Assembly: GCA_964615415.1 (NCBI GenBank)
Contig: CAZTNI010000004.1
Location: 1 to 50,972, forward strand
Reading direction: 5' to 3'
Source of the DNA: an uncultured Candidatus Saccharibacteria bacterium
Lineage (GTDB): Bacteria; Patescibacteriota; Minisyncoccia; Phycocordibacterales; SBAW01
DNA: 50,972 bases
Shown here: piece after piece, positions 22,339-32,197 of the stretch
Position numbering within the stretch: the first letter of the stretch is position 1
Layout of the letters: each line of letters starts with the position of its first letter
Program-made: the position numbers and the translations under genes
The notes under the pieces: model-generated
What the model was told of the DNA's origin: nothing
The model's database searches: none
Seen by the model: only the letters and a program-made list of their open reading frames with translations

Positions 22339-23061
22339 ATGTCACAGCAATTAGGAACTAATGTTTCAGCTGCTGGTAGTACTGGTCAATCTGCTTCAGT
22401 TAATCATACATTATTACCTGGTACATTAGGAAATAGAATAGTAGAAATAGCTTTAAGTCATGAACATGATACAAGCTTGCCACCTACTCCTAGTGCAACT
22501 TACGGTGGAGTTAATGCTACGTTTATAGCAACTACAACCTCTAATAATCAAAAAGCTGTTTCAGTATTTCAAGTATTAGAGGCTGATTTACCTGCTGATG
22601 GTGTTAATGCCGCAGTTGGTACATTAACTGGAGGCACTGGAGCACAAGGTATAGCTATAATGGTTAGGTGTATTGAAGGTGCTCAACAGCAAGCTACACC
22701 AATTACATATCCAGCAGTATATATATCTACTGTAAATACTAGAGTTCCAGTTAGTCCTGCTAACTTTTCTACTGTTGCTGGTGATTCTATATCTGTGTTT
22801 CTTGGCTCAAATGGCGGAACAGCTACGTTAACTGGATCCGTTAGAACTTGGACTTTATCAGCTAACGTAACAGGACATGGTGGAGATTTTAATGGAGCTT
22901 TTGGTTATTGTGATTATACTGATATAACAACAGAATTCTTAACAGTAACTATGAGTAGCGAAGTTTTAGTTGCTATTTTAGCTATTTATCGTCCTAATGC
23001 AAGTGCTCCGCCAGGTGGTTTATCGCCCGGTTTAATACAACTTCTTTTGGGTGGATACTAA
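22339..23061 (+). CDS. Hypothetical virion-module protein (240 aa)
   Basis: ORF track entry. Confidence 0.8.
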   Translation: MSQQLGTNVSAAGSTGQSASVNHTLLPGTLGNRIVEIALSHEHDTSLPPTPSATYGGVNATFIATTTSNNQKAVSVFQVLEADLPADGVNAAVGTLTGGTGAQGIAIMVRCIEGAQQQATPITYPAVYISTVNTRVPVSPANFSTVAGDSISVFLGSNGGTATLTGSVRTWTLSANVTGHGGDFNGAFGYCDYTDITTEFLTVTMSSEVLVAILAIYRPNASAPPGGLSPGLIQLLLGGY

Positions 23062-24107
23062 TGCTTCAATTTGTTGTTCCCTACGGAGAAGCTTCTCAAA
23101 TTCCGATTGGCTCTCTTCGTGATGAAGATGGTGCTTTTATAACTCCAACATTTGCTGCTGGCGATGTTACTACTCAGCAAGATGATGGAAGCGGTTTTGA
23201 AAATGCGGATGATGCTACTCCAACATTAGATGGAAATGTAATCATCTTTGATGTATCTGCTGCTGAAGCCACAGTTCCTTCTGTTTTAGCAGGAAGAAGA
23301 GTTTATAGAATTATAGATCAAACAGTTCCTGCTGCTTGGCTTCCGATTGAATTTCAAATCGTTACTACAGACCATCCATTAGCTGCAATTCCTAATGGAG
23401 TTATTCTTCAAGCCACTGGTAATGCTTCTGGACAGACTACAACTAATATCAGACTTTCTGGTAATCCAGGTATTACTATTAGGTCTGGTTATTTCTTTAT
23501 TGTAACTGATGGGACTGGTGCGGGACAAGGTGGTTATGTTAATACATATACTGCCGGAGCTACTTATGATATTGTTCCTGAGAGAGCATTAGCTGTTGCT
23601 CTTGATGCAACTTCTATCATTAAGTTCTATGTTGATAATCCTAACCCACTTACATTAGCTGATGGTGGATTAACTACTGCTAAGTTTGCGGATGGTGCAT
23701 TAACAGGGTCGAAGTTTGCAGATAACTTCTTGTCTGCCGCAAAGATTGCAAATAACGCTCTTACTGCTGCAAAAGCTGCTTCTGACTTAATTACAGCAAT
23801 TCAGTCTGGTCTTTCTACTCTCACTCAAGCTCAGGTTAGAGCTGTAAGAGATGAGTTACTTGGAAGTTACACTGTCGAATCCACTGGTACAACTACCACT
23901 AACATTGTAGTTAAGTCTGGTGCCCCGACACTTGCTGCTAATATGTTGAAGGGTGGCATTGTTAAGTTTAAGCTTGATACTACTACAGCAGCACTCAGAG
24001 GAACTTCTGCTAGAATTCTTTCTAACACAACTTCAGCTATTGTTCTTGTAACTGCTGATGCACTTCCTGTAACTCCTGCGGAAGACGACGCTTTTTGGGT
24101 GTTGTAA
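23061..24107 (+). CDS. Putative tail fibre/spike-associated protein (348 aa)
   Basis: ORF track entry with the repeated segment LTTAKFADGALTGSKFADNFLSAAKIANNALTAAKA. Confidence 0.6.
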   Translation: MLQFVVPYGEASQIPIGSLRDEDGAFITPTFAAGDVTTQQDDGSGFENADDATPTLDGNVIIFDVSAAEATVPSVLAGRRVYRIIDQTVPAAWLPIEFQIVTTDHPLAAIPNGVILQATGNASGQTTTNIRLSGNPGITIRSGYFFIVTDGTGAGQGGYVNTYTAGATYDIVPERALAVALDATSIIKFYVDNPNPLTLADGGLTTAKFADGALTGSKFADNFLSAAKIANNALTAAKAASDLITAIQSGLSTLTQAQVRAVRDELLGSYTVESTGTTTTNIVVKSGAPTLAANMLKGGIVKFKLDTTTAALRGTSARILSNTTSAIVLVTADALPVTPAEDDAFWVL

Positions 24108-24128
24108 ACTTACTTAATCGAGTGCAAA

Positions 24129-25685
24129 TTGGCCAGAAGATATTTTAATACTGTCTTTTGGGACTCTGATGCAGATGGGAAAATAGAGGTTCCTGGGGAT
24201 TTATATGCTACTGTAAATCCTTTCTCTATTTACATTGGAGCTGAGGATGAGATACTAGCTGTTAAATTTTCTACTGAACGAGCTTATATTCCAACTCAGC
24301 TCCATGTAGGAGTTCCAGAAACAACTAACAGTGCTTTGTTTGAAGCTGGTGATTCTATCAGAGCACTAAATAGAATTAAAGTTATTAGAGTAGGAGCAAG
24401 TCCTTATTTAATAGGAAGTAATGTTAGAGGATCTATAGAAAATCCTACTCAGACTTTAGGTGGTGATGTAGGATTAACAGTTCAAGGCAGGGGTATAACT
24501 CCGGCTGCTACTGAATCTTCTATGGGTGAAATTAGATTCAGAGCTACTCAAAATCATACTACAACAGCTTGGGGTTCTAGTATTGATTTTGCTGTTGCAG
24601 CAACAGATAGTATAGTACAGAATATAATAATGCAAGTATTTGGTACTAGAATTCTAACTAATGTTCCAGTTGAAATCTATACAGATACTAATACTAAACT
24701 TAAAGTCTTTAATTCCACAAACGATGTTGGATTAAATCTCAATATAAATAATTCTACTGGTGTGGTGAATTTCACTATTGCTGGTGGAATTGGAACTAGA
24801 AAGTTCGAGTTTGCTGAATCTATAGATTTGACGGGAAATCTTACTTTTGTTGGTCCTTCTCGTAGGATTATCATTTCTGGTGTTAGTGTTACTACGCCAG
24901 CAATTACACTTGGCTTATCTACTAGTAATACTGGTATTGATAGCTTAGCCGCCAACCAAATTGATTTAATAGCTTCAGGCGCTGCTCGTGTAGTTATCAA
25001 TTCTGGTGCTGTAGAAGTTGGGCCTGTATTAAGAGCTTTCAGTGGGGCTCAAGTTATAGTAGGTGGCGTTACATCTACTTGGAGTAGAGATGTTTCTGGT
25101 GTATATATTGAAGCTGTGGGTTCTAATCCGATTAGATTAATTTCTAATGGACTCACAGGAATACTCATTAATGTTGCAGGTAGATCCTTATTCAATGATG
25201 GTAATGCTACAGATCCAGGTATATCTTTCCAAAGTGAAAGTAATACAGGTCTATATAGAATAGGTGCTAATAATCTTGGTATTTCTGTTGGAGGTGTGTT
25301 AAGATTTAACATTACCACTTCTGGTATGAGTACTACAGTACCTTTATTGTTACCCGACGGAGTTGCAGCTAATCCTGGTATAGCTTTTAATAGTGACGCG
25401 GATACTGGTATATTTAGAGCTGGTTCCAATTCATTATCTTTAGTTACCGGCGGATCAGCAAGATTTAATATAACTAACTTTGCTGCCACGTTTAACGTAC
25501 CAATAACCGCTTCTGTTGGTATAAGTATAGCTGCCGGACAAGTGTTTACATTTAATGGCGGAATAACGTCATTATTTACATTAAATTTACCTGATGACAC
25601 ATCTACATATATAACAAGAACTTTAGTATATGGTGCAGCAGATTCTGCTGGCGCAGGTTATCGTGTTGTTCGTGTCCCTAACTAA
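24129..25685 (+). CDS. Putative tail fibre protein (518 aa; TTG start per track)
   Basis: Internal repeats of the fibre-type motif DPGISFQSESNTGLYRIGANNLGISVGG / NPGIAFNSDADTGIFRAGSNSLSLVTGG. Confidence 0.7.
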   Translation: MARRYFNTVFWDSDADGKIEVPGDLYATVNPFSIYIGAEDEILAVKFSTERAYIPTQLHVGVPETTNSALFEAGDSIRALNRIKVIRVGASPYLIGSNVRGSIENPTQTLGGDVGLTVQGRGITPAATESSMGEIRFRATQNHTTTAWGSSIDFAVAATDSIVQNIIMQVFGTRILTNVPVEIYTDTNTKLKVFNSTNDVGLNLNINNSTGVVNFTIAGGIGTRKFEFAESIDLTGNLTFVGPSRRIIISGVSVTTPAITLGLSTSNTGIDSLAANQIDLIASGAARVVINSGAVEVGPVLRAFSGAQVIVGGVTSTWSRDVSGVYIEAVGSNPIRLISNGLTGILINVAGRSLFNDGNATDPGISFQSESNTGLYRIGANNLGISVGGVLRFNITTSGMSTTVPLLLPDGVAANPGIAFNSDADTGIFRAGSNSLSLVTGGSARFNITNFAATFNVPITASVGISIAAGQVFTFNGGITSLFTLNLPDDTSTYITRTLVYGAADSAGAGYRVVRVPN

Positions 25686-25694
25686 AACTTACTT

Positions 25695-25901
25695 ATGGCT
25701 ACGCAAATCATAAAGGTTGGTAAAAAGACTCTTGTCGCTCTTCAAACTCTTCATGCTCAGATGAATGAGGCAAGAAAGCAAATTGAGATTATAGTCCAAG
25801 TTGCTCTAGATAATACTGAGTATGCAGATATAGATTTAACGGTAATTAAGTATGATGAACAAGGTATTCATGTGGAGATTCTTGAGAAGAAGGAGGAGTA
25901 A
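25695..25901 (+). CDS. Hypothetical small protein (68 aa)
   Basis: ORF track entry. Confidence 0.65.
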   Translation: MATQIIKVGKKTLVALQTLHAQMNEARKQIEIIVQVALDNTEYADIDLTVIKYDEQGIHVEILEKKEE

Positions 25902-26549
25902 TTGGCTTATTCAATTGCTTGGAATGAAGCATTTCCAGCAGGTTCAAATCCTGCTAATCAATTAGCTTTATACATCCAGCAAAAACAGATTGCTGTTAGA
26001 GAGAGACTTGATGATATATTTGGCACGTCTGGTCCTACTTCTATAACAACTGCTGATCCATATAGAATTGATGTATTAAAGATGGGAGCTAGTGCAACTA
26101 GTAAAATTATCCCGGGTTCTACTTCGTTTGCTATTAGAAATAGTGTAGATGCAAGAGATAATTTTCTAGTTGATGATGCTGGTAATGTTACAGTTTTTAA
26201 AGATTTCCGTGTTGATACTGGACAAGCTTATATAGATAGGTTAGCAGTTGGTAACATTTCCACTACTTATACAGTGGATTGGAATTCTGGTAATACACAA
26301 GCTGTCACTTTAACAGCAGCAGTTTGTGTTCTTACATTATCCAATCCAAAGGTTGGAGCCTTCTACACACTTGAAGTTAGACAAGATGGTACAGGTGGTA
26401 GATTAATTACTTGGCCTGCGAGTGTAAAATGGCAAGATGACATTGAACCAGTACTAACCACAATCGCAGGAAAGACTGATATCATTGGTTTGTATTGGAA
26501 TGGTACTAACTATGCCGGAGCTGTGGCAGGTTATAACTATAACCTTTAA
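25902..26549 (+). CDS. Hypothetical tail-region protein (215 aa; TTG start per track)
   Basis: ORF track entry. Confidence 0.7.
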   Translation: MAYSIAWNEAFPAGSNPANQLALYIQQKQIAVRERLDDIFGTSGPTSITTADPYRIDVLKMGASATSKIIPGSTSFAIRNSVDARDNFLVDDAGNVTVFKDFRVDTGQAYIDRLAVGNISTTYTVDWNSGNTQAVTLTAAVCVLTLSNPKVGAFYTLEVRQDGTGGRLITWPASVKWQDDIEPVLTTIAGKTDIIGLYWNGTNYAGAVAGYNYNL

Positions 26550-26564
26550 ACTGAGGTAATTAAA

Positions 26565-26921
26565 GTGTTTAAAGGTCTCTTACCTAATGCTGCTGCGCTG
26601 GAACCAATGAGTCTTGATAGTGCTGTTATTCAAGATTCATCTGGGTTATGTGACCCATCAGAAGGTGAAGGAAGATTACAATGGGTTACAACTGGAGATA
26701 GACCAGGAAGTGTAATTGAATTCGCTTATGATGTGGGGTCAGGTTATGTTGTATCTGATCCTGCATTAGCTCCAAGTCTATTAGAACATAATTTTGATAT
26801 GACTGGAATTCCTGGGTTCACTTCTCTTAATAGCACTAACTTTAGAGTTAGACTTCTTTCTGCTGGAGTAGATCTTCCTGGTTCTCCTATATTCTTAACA
26901 CCTCCTTATTCTTGTATCTAA
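26565..26921 (+). CDS. Hypothetical tail-region protein (118 aa; GTG start per track)
   Basis: ORF track entry. Confidence 0.65.
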   Translation: MFKGLLPNAAALEPMSLDSAVIQDSSGLCDPSEGEGRLQWVTTGDRPGSVIEFAYDVGSGYVVSDPALAPSLLEHNFDMTGIPGFTSLNSTNFRVRLLSAGVDLPGSPIFLTPPYSCI

Positions 26922-27128
26922 ATGGAAACATTCAAAGAATATGGTTCTGTAATTATTTTAGTAATTTCTTTACTATCATATGCGTTTTCCTTTGTGGTGC
27001 TCTTAGCACAGAATAAAGCTAAGAATGACAGAATCTCAGAATTCATAGAAGATTACAAAGCCCATATAGAAGACTATAATAAACTAAAGAATGATGTGGC
27101 TTTCATTAAGGGAGGTTTAGAGAAATGA
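26922..27128 (+). CDS. Putative holin (68 aa, one TM segment, charged C-terminus)
   Basis: GSVIILVISLLSYAFSFVVLLAQ. It is immediately upstream of the endolysin and overlaps it. Confidence 0.6.
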   Translation: METFKEYGSVIILVISLLSYAFSFVVLLAQNKAKNDRISEFIEDYKAHIEDYNKLKNDVAFIKGGLEK

Positions 27129-27664
27129 TTTCAGACGAAACATTTGAAATCGTATTTCGGTTTGAAGGTGGGTATGTTAACGACCCAGATGATTCTGGTG
27201 GACCCACTAAGTATGGAGTAACCCAAGAAACATATAACACCTTTCGCAAGAAATGGAAATATTCCCTCCAACATGTTAGATACATAACAAAACAGGAAGC
27301 TAAACAAATCTATGATTCCTATTGGCGAGACAGCAGAGCAGAAGAAATCTCTAGAACACACCCTAGAGCAGCAGCAATCCATTTCGACTTTGCGATCAAT
27401 GCTGGATATGTCCAAGCAGGAAAGAGTTTACAGCGTTGTCTTGGTAATCTCAAGCTTGATGGGATTATTGGCCCTAGAACGCTTGCTGCTTTAGCTTTAG
27501 TAAAGGATGAGGATTTAGTTAAAGCTTACTCTGAAGAGAGGAGAAGATTTTACAATTCTCTTGCTGTAAGAAAACCTAAGAACCAGAAGTTCCTTAAAGG
27601 CTGGTTATTGAGGACAGACAAACTTGAAAGAATCGTCAGTGAACCCGGATACGGTAGCAAGTAG
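27125..27664 (+). CDS. Endolysin, GH108-type N-acetylmuramidase with a C-terminal peptidoglycan-binding region
   Basis: FRFEGGYVNDPDDSGGPTKYGVT is the GH108 signature. The C-terminal LDGIIGPRTLAAL is PG-binding-like. Confidence 0.8.
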   Translation: MISDETFEIVFRFEGGYVNDPDDSGGPTKYGVTQETYNTFRKKWKYSLQHVRYITKQEAKQIYDSYWRDSRAEEISRTHPRAAAIHFDFAINAGYVQAGKSLQRCLGNLKLDGIIGPRTLAALALVKDEDLVKAYSEERRRFYNSLAVRKPKNQKFLKGWLLRTDKLERIVSEPGYGSK

Positions 27665-27953
27665 GACTGATTATGCTTTCAAGCCTACTCGGTTTGTCTT
27701 TAAGTCCTTAAGTCAAACAGTGATTAAAGTGAGAGGTGTTGATATAGTACAGTTTATTAACACCTCTCCAATCACTGTGACTAATATTCTTGATGGCAAT
27801 GATAATCAAGATATCATACTTTATGGTGATGGACAAACCACGCTACAGAATAATAGCAATATAGTAACAATTTCTGGAGCTAATCTTTTACTAGCTTCTG
27901 GGAGATTGTATCAATTCATTAACTTCCTTGGAGCTTGGAGACAACTAGTTTGA
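27624..27953 (+). CDS. Hypothetical protein (up to 109 aa; start uncertain)
   Basis: ORF track entry that overlaps the endolysin 3' end by 41 nt. Confidence 0.5.
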   Translation: MKESSVNPDTVASRTDYAFKPTRFVFKSLSQTVIKVRGVDIVQFINTSPITVTNILDGNDNQDIILYGDGQTTLQNNSNIVTISGANLLLASGRLYQFINFLGAWRQLV

Positions 27954-29017
27954 GTAAGAATAGATTGCTCTCTGTTCCTGAGACAACTCCAGGGCAGAGA
28001 TTCATGGAAGAGCAAAACAGTGGATTGATTGTTCCAACTCTAGATGGCGGAATGAATACTAAGATTGATCCTGCTGACCTAGAGAATAATGAATTCACTG
28101 TAGCACAGAATGTTTACATTAGAAACAAACGTATTACTAGGCGATTTGGTACATCTGGTTTAGGTCCAACAAAGCCTAATAGTCAAGCTATTAGTAAGAT
28201 GTATACAGCTAAACAATCAGATGGAACTGTTGTTCAGATTAGATTTGGTCAGACTACTATTCATCGTAGAGCTTCTGGAAGCTGGACTGCAATTACTCCC
28301 GCGAGTTCAGCAATCACGGGACCAGCTAACAATGTGGTATCTACTGATAATAGACACTTCTTCTCGAACAATGGTTTACAAAATATACAAGAGATTGATT
28401 TAGCTGGTAATACTTATGATGACTTAGGTAATGCTCCTAAGTACAAGTATATTACATCTTTCTACAATCGTATTGTTGGAGCTAATCTTGTAGATGCTGG
28501 GAATGATATTCCTATTCAAGTTGGATGGAGCGGAGATTTTAATTTCGATGAGTGGGATACAACAGTTGACCCATCTGCTGGATTTGCTCCACTCGAAGAG
28601 TCTCAGAGTGATTATTCAGATTCAATAACAGGACTTTATGGTTTTGCTAAGCAGATGATTGTTCTTAGAGAACAGTCTATCTGGCTTGCTAATAAGATTC
28701 CTGGAACTAATCCATTTTACTTCTACACAGCAGTTCCTTCGATTGGATGTGATACTCCGACTAGTGTACAGAAGATTCCGGGAGGTATCATATTCTTTGA
28801 TAGACGAACAAAGTCTGTGTATATGTTTACTGTAGAATCTGGATTAGTTAATATTGGATTTCCTGTTGAAGATGGAATCTTTTCTTCTATTGCTGATCCT
28901 AATCAAGTATTCTCTGGTTTCAATACGACTGAATTAGAATACATGCTAGCATGTCCTATTCAGTCTACAGATACTGTTAGAGTTTGGACATTTAGTATCA
29001 AATCTTCCAGAGACTAA
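27935..29017 (+). CDS. Hypothetical virion protein (360 aa; possible tail tube/nozzle component by position)
   Basis: ORF track entry. Confidence 0.75.
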   Translation: METTSLSKNRLLSVPETTPGQRFMEEQNSGLIVPTLDGGMNTKIDPADLENNEFTVAQNVYIRNKRITRRFGTSGLGPTKPNSQAISKMYTAKQSDGTVVQIRFGQTTIHRRASGSWTAITPASSAITGPANNVVSTDNRHFFSNNGLQNIQEIDLAGNTYDDLGNAPKYKYITSFYNRIVGANLVDAGNDIPIQVGWSGDFNFDEWDTTVDPSAGFAPLEESQSDYSDSITGLYGFAKQMIVLREQSIWLANKIPGTNPFYFYTAVPSIGCDTPTSVQKIPGGIIFFDRRTKSVYMFTVESGLVNIGFPVEDGIFSSIADPNQVFSGFNTTELEYMLACPIQSTDTVRVWTFSIKSSRD

Positions 29018-29019
29018 TT

Positions 29020-29556
29020 ATGAAACCTACTTGGTGGTATAATGACTATGAAAATATCTCTTCAATAGATAATCTAAACTTTGAAAACTCTTCAGTTTTA
29101 ATCCAAGATTTAGTTGGAAACATAGAAAATCTTCAAGGTAATATTGAAGATTTAGGTCCAGCAACAATTCCTACTCCATTGTTAGTGTTTGGTAAAGATG
29201 ATGGAGGTTTAGATATTGAAGATCAATCAGTAGTGACTGGTTATGAAACTCTGATTGCATCTAAGACATGGACTTCGGAAGATGGAGAAGAGTTCTATCT
29301 TCAGAGACTTAAGTTCACTTATCAAGTTCTCAGTCTTGGTAGCTTTGAGATTCAGTACTCTAAAGACAATCAAGTAACTTGGAGAACTGAGAAGACTGTA
29401 GTTATTGATGCTGCAAATCTTGGTAAGCGAGTTCAAGTTGTTAACTCTAAGTTAGTCAAAGCTAGGCAGTTTAGTTGGAGAATTAGAAGTTCTAATGGTA
29501 TCATAGAATTAGTTGACTTTAAGGCCACTACTCACCAAGCTGGTTACTCTCGTTAA
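29020..29556 (+). CDS. Hypothetical virion protein (178 aa)
   Basis: ORF track entry. Confidence 0.75.
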   Translation: MKPTWWYNDYENISSIDNLNFENSSVLIQDLVGNIENLQGNIEDLGPATIPTPLLVFGKDDGGLDIEDQSVVTGYETLIASKTWTSEDGEEFYLQRLKFTYQVLSLGSFEIQYSKDNQVTWRTEKTVVIDAANLGKRVQVVNSKLVKARQFSWRIRSSNGIIELVDFKATTHQAGYSR

Positions 29557-29566
29557 TCTAATCAAA

Positions 29567-30166
29567 ATGACACAGCCTATTTTTACTATTACCTGCCATG
29601 AACCTGAGGGTGAGTTTGAGAGGAGTGTTTATCTTCTTGAACTCACTCCTCAAAACCTCTCTACAGTTTGGAAGAAAGCCAAAGACTTTCCCACGCTTTT
29701 TGGAAGAGAGCTTTCTGGAATCAATGAGTTTGCTGATTTGTTCCTCAGCTATCAAGCAGACGGAAGCATCAAAGCAAATGGATTAATCTTCTGTGTTGCA
29801 GATGATAAGGGTGATATCATTGGTGTGTTTTATATCACTAATGTACTGTATGAGAATAATCAAATCTTAGAAGCTGATGTTCACTATATCTTCTTTGATA
29901 GAAGGCATCGCGGGAGAGTTCCTCTTACTAAGAAGATGATTAGATATGTATTTGAGGAATTTGGATTCCGCAGATTAAATGCCAGAGTTCCTCTCTATTC
30001 TACAAAATTCGTTAGACACTTCATCTCTAATGTTGGCTTTCAGGTTGAAGGTAGAAAGAGGAAAGCATCCTTCTACGATGGTAAGTGGTTCGATGATATG
30101 TTGTATGGTATTCTGAGAGAAGACGTTCTCACTTCTGAAGATAGGATAAACGATGGGAGCGAGTAA
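29567..30166 (+). CDS. GNAT-family N-acetyltransferase (199 aa after trimming)
   Basis: FFDRRHRGRVPLTKKMIRYVFEEFGFRRLNARVPLYSTKFVRHFISNVGFQVEGRKRKASFYDGKWFDDMLYGILRED resembles the RimJ/RimL-type acetyl-CoA-binding core. Trimmed to the ATG at 29567. Confidence 0.7.
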   Translation: MTQPIFTITCHEPEGEFERSVYLLELTPQNLSTVWKKAKDFPTLFGRELSGINEFADLFLSYQADGSIKANGLIFCVADDKGDIIGVFYITNVLYENNQILEADVHYIFFDRRHRGRVPLTKKMIRYVFEEFGFRRLNARVPLYSTKFVRHFISNVGFQVEGRKRKASFYDGKWFDDMLYGILREDVLTSEDRINDGSE

Positions 30167-30869
30167 AACTAGAACTGTAGGTGGTGGGAAAGCTAGACCA
30201 GTAGCAGATAGATTTAATAAGATGCTACTGGAAGGCTTGGATAATGGAATGTTCGAGGATAGTATTTATAATCTATTCTCTGGAGCTGATAATCCATTAA
30301 CTACTCCCGCGCCAGTTGACATGAATGACCCGCAATTTGCTGCGGCGGGAAGATTATTTGATCAAGAAAGAACAAGGAGTGTAGCAGACTTGCGTTCTCG
30401 TTATGGTGCAGAAGGCGGAGCGCCGAGAGGTTCTGCTGCTATGACAGCGGAAGCTTTATATGCGAGTGATGCAGATGCTAGAAAAGTGTTAGGAATGAAT
30501 GATATTGCTAATACTATTCGAGAACAAAATAGAGCAGACAGAGCTATTACTTCTCAAGAGTTAATGTTCCAAGGTAATAGAGAACTTAGTGTATTAGCTA
30601 ATCTCTTTGACTCTTATAGACAAGCTAATAGTCTTGGCACAGCACAAGCTCAGATAGTTCAGCAACCTTCTGATTTCAGTCAAGCTTTAGGTGCAGTTGC
30701 TGGACTTGCTCCATTTGCTTTAGCTCCATTTACGGGCGGAGCAAGCTTAGGACTTAGCTTTGGTAACAGAGGTAATGCTGGTGGTTACACAACACCACAA
30801 TTTAATCCTAATATGTTAACTAGACGTTCTAGTACATCAATCACTCCCGCGCCACTTACATTCAGATGA
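30153..30869 (+). CDS. Hypothetical internal virion-like protein (238 aa)
   Basis: ORF track entry, Gly/Ala-rich. It is the first of three genes of increasing size at the end of the virion arm. Confidence 0.7.
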   Translation: MGASKTRTVGGGKARPVADRFNKMLLEGLDNGMFEDSIYNLFSGADNPLTTPAPVDMNDPQFAAAGRLFDQERTRSVADLRSRYGAEGGAPRGSAAMTAEALYASDADARKVLGMNDIANTIREQNRADRAITSQELMFQGNRELSVLANLFDSYRQANSLGTAQAQIVQQPSDFSQALGAVAGLAPFALAPFTGGASLGLSFGNRGNAGGYTTPQFNPNMLTRRSSTSITPAPLTFR

Positions 30870-32197
30870 CCATACCTAGACTAAATGGTACTTGGGATGA
30901 GATTGGCGAGTCTGTTAAAAGTCTTGCACAAACTATTACTCGAAGCATAGACCCGCACTTCGATAATAAGTTAGCTCTCTCCCAAATGCTGAGAGAAGAC
31001 CCGACAAAGCAGCAAGCATTACTTGATTTGGATTTGAATAATCCTGGATTGCTTGAAGGATTGTATGGTAAAGATGTTACTAATAAACTCCGTGGTATGG
31101 GCGGAGCTTCTGCTGCTGCTAAAGTAGAGAAGACAAAAAGAAATCTAGTAGATAAGCCTGTTGGAGAAGTTGGAGATACTGTTGGTGAAGAAGCTGCTCT
31201 TGCAGAGATGGGAGTTGATAATGCGTTAAAAAGAAATATCAAGAATGCTGAATTAGATGCAACACGTCAGCAGACTGATTACTATAGCAGCAAGTTATTC
31301 CAAGATAATTATATCTTTGAATTGACTAAAGGTAAGTATGCAGAACAGTATAAGGCTGACCAACAAGCTAGAGCTATGTATCCTGATTTAGCTATGTTAG
31401 ATCCTTATCAGATGGCGATGAGGCATTTTCAGGGAACTCTGGATGTGAATGAGCTTCATGCTCTAGCAGATAAGTCTAAGGAAGGAACTGAAATGTTTTG
31501 GAGAGCTTATAATACTCTAGTGCAAACTGCTCAGGATGATAAGCAGATTAAGGCTAGACAGAATGAAATAAGACAGCAAAATGCTAGAGAAGATAATAAA
31601 GAACTTAGAGCAGCTAAAGAATTTGCAGCTAAGTTTATCACGAGAGGTTTACCATTCCAAGATTTAGTCAATTATTACATGACTGGTGAAACCTCTAATC
31701 CCATGCTCACTAAGATATTCGAGCGGGATGAAACAATGAGAAACGCTGCTGCTGTTGGTAAAAACTTAAAGGCTGTTCAAGATTTCATGAAGGAGTTTAA
31801 GAATGCTGAACCTTCTAACAGACCAGCTATTCAGACTCAGTTAGAAGGTGCACTCTATACTGTGTTCAATGCTCCTGTTAAGATTGTTAAGACAGGTAAT
31901 GATGATACTTGGGCTCCTTGGGATAAGAGTTACAAGTATCAGTTAGATGGAATCATGGGAGAAGTAGATGGTGAGATGTTGTTTGAGCTTGCAAATAACA
32001 GAGAATTATTCGATGATATGCAAGCTGATTACACATACATTCAAGCTATGTCTCCTGATCAGATTGAAACTAGACTTAAACAGCTTGAAGCTTCTAAGGC
32101 TACAATTAATCCGTATCAGTACAAGAAAGCTGTAGAAGCTCTCAAGGCTAGACTTAACGTTAAACAACCTATGGACAGAAAGACACGGAGTCGTTAA
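30866..32197 (+). CDS. Hypothetical internal virion-like protein (443 aa)
   Basis: ORF track entry, helical and charged. Confidence 0.75.
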   Translation: MTIPRLNGTWDEIGESVKSLAQTITRSIDPHFDNKLALSQMLREDPTKQQALLDLDLNNPGLLEGLYGKDVTNKLRGMGGASAAAKVEKTKRNLVDKPVGEVGDTVGEEAALAEMGVDNALKRNIKNAELDATRQQTDYYSSKLFQDNYIFELTKGKYAEQYKADQQARAMYPDLAMLDPYQMAMRHFQGTLDVNELHALADKSKEGTEMFWRAYNTLVQTAQDDKQIKARQNEIRQQNAREDNKELRAAKEFAAKFITRGLPFQDLVNYYMTGETSNPMLTKIFERDETMRNAAAVGKNLKAVQDFMKEFKNAEPSNRPAIQTQLEGALYTVFNAPVKIVKTGNDDTWAPWDKSYKYQLDGIMGEVDGEMLFELANNRELFDDMQADYTYIQAMSPDQIETRLKQLEASKATINPYQYKKAVEALKARLNVKQPMDRKTRSR

